Shown in pieces: positions 60,506 to 64,000 of a DNA stretch of 64,000 nucleotides. Position numbers and translations under genes: made by a program. Positions within the stretch are counted from its first letter, which is position 1. Every line of letters starts with the position of its first letter. Below the pieces are notes generated by a model, which did no database searches, was not told the DNA's origin, and was given only the letters and a program-made list of their open reading frames with translations. The stretch is taken from positions 1-64,000 of the IMG/VR virus record IMGVR_UViG_3300045988_077625, one strand, 5' to 3'. This DNA is from a virus.

Positions 60506-61534
60506 ATGAGAAAACAAAATATCAAGCAACCAACAGGCGCTGAATTGATTGAATCACTAGAAAAGATAGAAGGGTGCGAATTGAAATACCAAGACTTATG
60601 TAAGGCTCTTAATATAACTCCAAAATGCGGTTGCTCCAAAATAACTCAACTTGACCACATTAGAAATTATTGTCAACTAGATACTCTAGAACATCCAACC
60701 CGTTATATTGTACAAGAGGTCTATCCTGAAGCAGACGCGCTTATCAACGAGCTAGACAAAGATTCGTATCAAGCCGCATTTGAAGCCGCTCTTTATCAAA
60801 TCTTTCTCAAAACAAATTGCGCCACTATATATGCATCAACCAGCAATCTGCTCAGAATGTTCCAGGAGGTCAATGATAATTTCAGCTACACATACAGTCA
60901 AGCCGTAGAAAATTCAGAGCATTACGGCTACATGAGCTTAGTTAATGGCGTTGTATACAATATCCTTGCTCAATGGACTAGGCGTAAATTGCTGACCATG
61001 AAGAACCGTTATGTCATTGATCTGAATAGGGGTTATCGTCTCTATAAGCAACGGCGCAACCCAGGGGGAAAAGAAACATGGCTTGAAACATATGATGTGC
61101 CAGAAGATAACCCAGATCATCAGACATGCCTATCTATCTATTCTAAAGCCGTTAATGAGATAATGCCGCCAAATTGGGGCAAGGTCATAGATAATAGAGT
61201 CTATAAGCCATACGTGTCCACAGAGCAATATAAGGCGTTTGAGGCGCGGCTTGCTCAATTAACTCAAGAGTTATTTGGCGGTGAATATGTTAAAGTCAAA
61301 GAAGTATATGTCATCAAGCCAGCTACAAAGGAATGGATTGCTAATCGGCTCTTAGATGTCTACGAGCATTATCCTAGCTTTGAGAAAATCAATAAAGAGG
61401 CGTGCGCTAAGATTATTCAAACCAGCCAGCTTAGTTGTATTACGGGCAAACAGCGACGCGAATTTGTTGACATAAATATGGACAATAAGCAAAGCGACCG
61501 TCTCAAGGATTTAGTTGACAATGAAAAACAATAA
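60506..61534 (+). CDS. hypothetical protein (only sizeable + strand gene in the early region)
   Basis: AAAGGGG RBS then ATG 60506. 342 aa. No family recognised. Confidence 0.5.
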   Translation: MRKQNIKQPTGAELIESLEKIEGCELKYQDLCKALNITPKCGCSKITQLDHIRNYCQLDTLEHPTRYIVQEVYPEADALINELDKDSYQAAFEAALYQIFLKTNCATIYASTSNLLRMFQEVNDNFSYTYSQAVENSEHYGYMSLVNGVVYNILAQWTRRKLLTMKNRYVIDLNRGYRLYKQRRNPGGKETWLETYDVPEDNPDHQTCLSIYSKAVNEIMPPNWGKVIDNRVYKPYVSTEQYKAFEARLAQLTQELFGGEYVKVKEVYVIKPATKEWIANRLLDVYEHYPSFEKINKEACAKIIQTSQLSCITGKQRREFVDINMDNKQSDRLKDLVDNEKQ

Positions 61535-61535
61535 A

Positions 61536-61583
61536 AATCTGCCCCAATTTATTCCCTACATATATAGGGACTTGGGGCAGATT
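61536..61583. terminator. bidirectional terminator between convergent genes
   Basis: AATCTGCCCCAA / TTGGGGCAGATT form a 12-bp stem with a nested TCCCTA/TAGGGA stem. An A-run precedes it and a T-rich tract follows. Confidence 0.7.
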
Positions 61584-61600
61584 CATTTTATTTAGTTGTA

Positions 61601-62017
61601 TCAATCAATCCTTTCTTCTGCAATTCCATCAGACGTACTATAGCAAATATGCTTAACTCCCAATTCTTTTATATATTTCATACAAGCAGGACATGGCCGC
61701 GCCATTGCTTTATTGCCGTTTGCATATTCACGATATACATATAGTGTCGATTTGCTAAAATCAATATCTAGATATTTTACTTTGCTCAATGCTCTGATTT
61801 CAGCATGAAGCGAATTTATCACGCCGCTTTGGTTAGGATCAAATTCACGTTCTGCATTAAGCCGCTTCTGTAACGGGCTTGTTTTTGTGCTATTGCAACC
61901 AGTAGCAAGCAATATGCCCTTATAGTACAGAGCTGCGCCAAGATGGTATCTAGGAAATTTAGATTCTTTGCTTACTCTACAAGCTGATTCAATTCCGCGC
62001 TTAGTTCTCTGGTTCAT
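61601..62017 (-). CDS. dCMP/cytidine deaminase-fold protein
   Basis: Zinc motifs HAEIRAL and PCPACMKYI. ATG 62017 is chosen because the upstream part of the long ORF overlaps gene 62001-62309. Confidence 0.65.
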   Translation of the reverse strand: MNQRTKRGIESACRVSKESKFPRYHLGAALYYKGILLATGCNSTKTSPLQKRLNAEREFDPNQSGVINSLHAEIRALSKVKYLDIDFSKSTLYVYREYANGNKAMARPCPACMKYIKELGVKHICYSTSDGIAEERID

Positions 62018-62309
62018 TAGATTTGTCCATCTTCGCCCCGCAGTTGGGGCAGTAAGGCTTGCCGTACTCTTTCGAAAAATTCCGGCAGCGGGTGCACTGC
62101 TCCTCATAGTTTCCCGTTTCCAGATTGAAACGACCCGTACCCCACCGCCCATGGACCACTGGGACAACATCTGCGACTGTATTGATGCATCGGTTTTCAT
62201 TCATTATGCAGTCAAACTTTCCGTTGCGAAGCATCGTTTCCAGATTTTTAAGATTACAGCCTTTGCAATGAGGAGAGTCGCATTCTCTGCATTCGATATA
62301 TTCAGCCAT
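62001..62309 (-). CDS. Cys-rich zinc-finger protein
   Basis: Has CRECDSPHCKGC and CTRC..CPNCG. Confidence 0.4.
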   Translation of the reverse strand: MAEYIECRECDSPHCKGCNLKNLETMLRNGKFDCIMNENRCINTVADVVPVVHGRWGTGRFNLETGNYEEQCTRCRNFSKEYGKPYCPNCGAKMDKSNEPEN

Positions 62310-62848
62310 TATTCGTCCACCTCATATCCCAATTCAATCAACGTCATAATAGCATAATTAGCCATATCAAGCAATGTGTCCTCGATCTTCTCATCTTTAA
62401 CCTGAGCATCATGTGATACAGCAAGCGACATGAGCCGATTCATCTTATCACTAAGACGGGTCACAGCACTGATAATCCCTAGTTTTTTGTATGTGTCACC
62501 AAATGAATCACCATAGTCATGATTCTTTGCTTTATATACCTGATTGAGCTTCTTACAGATTGCACAATGCCGCGCCACCTTTGGTTCAATATGTAACTTA
62601 ATGTCGTCAGGCTCTTTGTCACAGCATTCAGCTTCAGCATTTTCACAAGCTGCTGGATCAAGCTCTTTATACCAACCATAGATTTTATCAAGCATCTTAT
62701 CGTCCATTTCATTAAATACACAAGCATATTTATTTGTAAATTCATCTGTTTCTTCATCGTACATATTTTTTAATTCACATTTATCACAAGTATCACCACA
62801 ATGGTCGCAATACAATTCAAGTACATCAACTTTTTCTTTTCTTGTCAT
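62309..62848 (-). CDS. Cys-rich N-terminus fused to an all-alpha NTP-pyrophosphohydrolase-like domain (DUF1599/MazG-like)
   Basis: The C-terminal half KAKNHDYGDSF..RLSDKMNRL..EDTLLDMANYAIM fits the DUF1599-type pattern as I recall it. Confidence 0.35.
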   Translation of the reverse strand: MTRKEKVDVLELYCDHCGDTCDKCELKNMYDEETDEFTNKYACVFNEMDDKMLDKIYGWYKELDPAACENAEAECCDKEPDDIKLHIEPKVARHCAICKKLNQVYKAKNHDYGDSFGDTYKKLGIISAVTRLSDKMNRLMSLAVSHDAQVKDEKIEDTLLDMANYAIMTLIELGYEVDE

Positions 62849-62865
62849 ATTTATTTATCCTTCCA

Positions 62866-63087
62866 TCAATCATTCAGCATGATATTTTCAATATTTTCAT
62901 ACATTGTCCAATCTTCATCGAGTTTTGCTTTTACTGGCTTGAATACATGATATTCAATTCCTTCATCTTCTTCTGTTTTCCAATCACAATCAGGATTACT
63001 ACATCTGTAAACATGAATTGGTGGAAATGTAGCTACACAATAATGATTTAATTGACAACCACATTTAGGACAAGTATAGATAATCAT
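62866..63087 (-). CDS. zinc-ribbon protein
   Basis: CPKCG..CSNPDC. 73 aa. Confidence 0.35.
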   Translation of the reverse strand: MIIYTCPKCGCQLNHYCVATFPPIHVYRCSNPDCDWKTEEDEGIEYHVFKPVKAKLDEDWTMYENIENIMLND

Positions 63088-64000
63088 TTATTCATCCTCC
63101 TCATTTTCATCACAATCTTCATCTACAAAATGAACATCTACATGAAATTCATTACGCAGTACATCAATAGCTTCTTTGGGGCTTACATAGAAAAATTCCT
63201 TATGTTTGTTTTCCTTATTGACTCGCTTATCGTCAAAATAATCATGGACGCGCGTCTCAAGGTCAAATACGTCATCATCAAACACAAGTCCATAGCAAAC
63301 GAATGGGAACGGTACTGATGCCGACGATAATTCGGAAATTCTACGCAATGGCTGGAGACGACGTGTTACTCCCAGCTTGCAGCAATTTGGCATAGCAGGA
63401 GTTGCTGTAATATATAAATATCCAGCTTTTGCATTGTTGACCCGATAGTCAATATTTGCAATACGCTTATCAATAGCTCTTAGCGTTGCTTCAAATTTAG
63501 CGCGTTCTTCAGCGTTGAGCGTCTTTCGCAGAGATTGTTCATACATACGACGCTCTTTTTGAAGTTCTGCCTTTTCGCGCTCAGCCTCAGCGAGTAACTG
63601 TTCCTGTTCTCTTAATCTGCGTTTTTCTTCACGGATTCGCGCCTTTTCTTCTTTCTGCTTGACCTTGATAGCCAAGTTGATATCTAGCATATCAAGTCGC
63701 GCCTTTACATATTCAGCATTAAGCGCTAATCCGACTTTATTTGCTTTAGACTGATAAGAATTAAATTTATTCTTAATCAATTCTTTGCTCTTAGCAACAT
63801 TGTTTGCAGTTACAGATTTTTCTTTGCTGTCAATATATGCGTTGCAACTGTAAATCAATCCGCGCCCATATACATCTTGCATTTCTTTGCCACGTCTATC
63901 TGATCCATCGAGTCTATATCCTTGCTCAATGCGATATAAGCCAGCATTAACAGCGGATTTAATTTTACTTTGTAGATCATAGCGCCGATGCTCAAGTTCA
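63088..64000 (-). CDS. coiled-coil protein with C-terminal T5orf172 (GIY-YIG-like) domain, 5' end outside window
   Basis: The frame stays open to base 64000. Long K/E/R coiled coil followed by GYLYITATPAMPNCCKLGVTRRL..R..ELSSASVPFPF. Confidence 0.5.
   Translation of the reverse strand, partial: ELEHRRYDLQSKIKSAVNAGLYRIEQGYRLDGSDRRGKEMQDVYGRGLIYSCNAYIDSKEKSVTANNVAKSKELIKNKFNSYQSKANKVGLALNAEYVKARLDMLDINLAIKVKQKEEKARIREEKRRLREQEQLLAEAEREKAELQKERRMYEQSLRKTLNAEERAKFEATLRAIDKRIANIDYRVNNAKAGYLYITATPAMPNCCKLGVTRRLQPLRRISELSSASVPFPFVCYGLVFDDDVFDLETRVHDYFDDKRVNKENKHKEFFYVSPKEAIDVLRNEFHVDVHFVDEDCDENEEDE

Overview
The window is a continuous stretch of an AT-rich tailed-phage or prophage genome with Firmicutes-type expression signals: GGAGG ribosome-binding sites and TTGACA-17-TGnTATAAT promoters. 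Bases 1-20.7 kb (+ strand) are a late tail-morphogenesis operon. It holds a tail-tube protein, chaperone-like ORFs, a RuvC-like resolvase, a roughly 1500-aa tape measure, baseplate proteins and several tail-fibre proteins. It ends at a strong terminator that faces the convergent minus-strand genes. Bases 20.7-59.3 kb and 61.6-64 kb (- strand) are early/middle genes split into many short units by at least 18 near-consensus promoters. The recognisable products are dUTPase, a ThyX-like protein, class II RNR, a RecD-like helicase, Dam and a second methyltransferase, a DHH/RecJ-like protein, two NifS-like cysteine desulfurases, a PAPS-reductase-like PP-loop protein, primase, DnaB-type helicase, a radical SAM enzyme, SSB-like and Sak4-like recombination proteins, Pol III alpha, a beta-CASP nuclease, a tyrosine recombinase, HU, dCMP deaminase, two free-standing HNH endonucleases, two tRNAs and many small ORFs. 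Five items deserve the closest second look. (1) The tape-measure gene is interrupted by a 618-nt insert with readable group I intron P1/P10 pairings, and the insert carries its own promoter and a small membrane ORF. (2) A translationally coupled chain encodes DHH phosphoesterase, cysteine desulfurase and a PP-loop (DndC/SspD-like) protein. A second desulfurase paralog and a radical SAM operon lie elsewhere, so this may be a non-canonical nucleic-acid sulfur or hypermodification system. Its PP-loop gene carries one in-frame TAA. (3) About 400 nt of ORF-free, promoter-driven, hairpin-rich RNA is fused upstream of tRNA-Leu. (4) A GC-rich, frameshifted fragment of a valyl-tRNA synthetase 5' end lies next to an AT-rich iteron and palindrome field. 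(5) At least two replication genes only make sense if they start at ATT. All functional calls rest on motifs read by eye; no database search was run.
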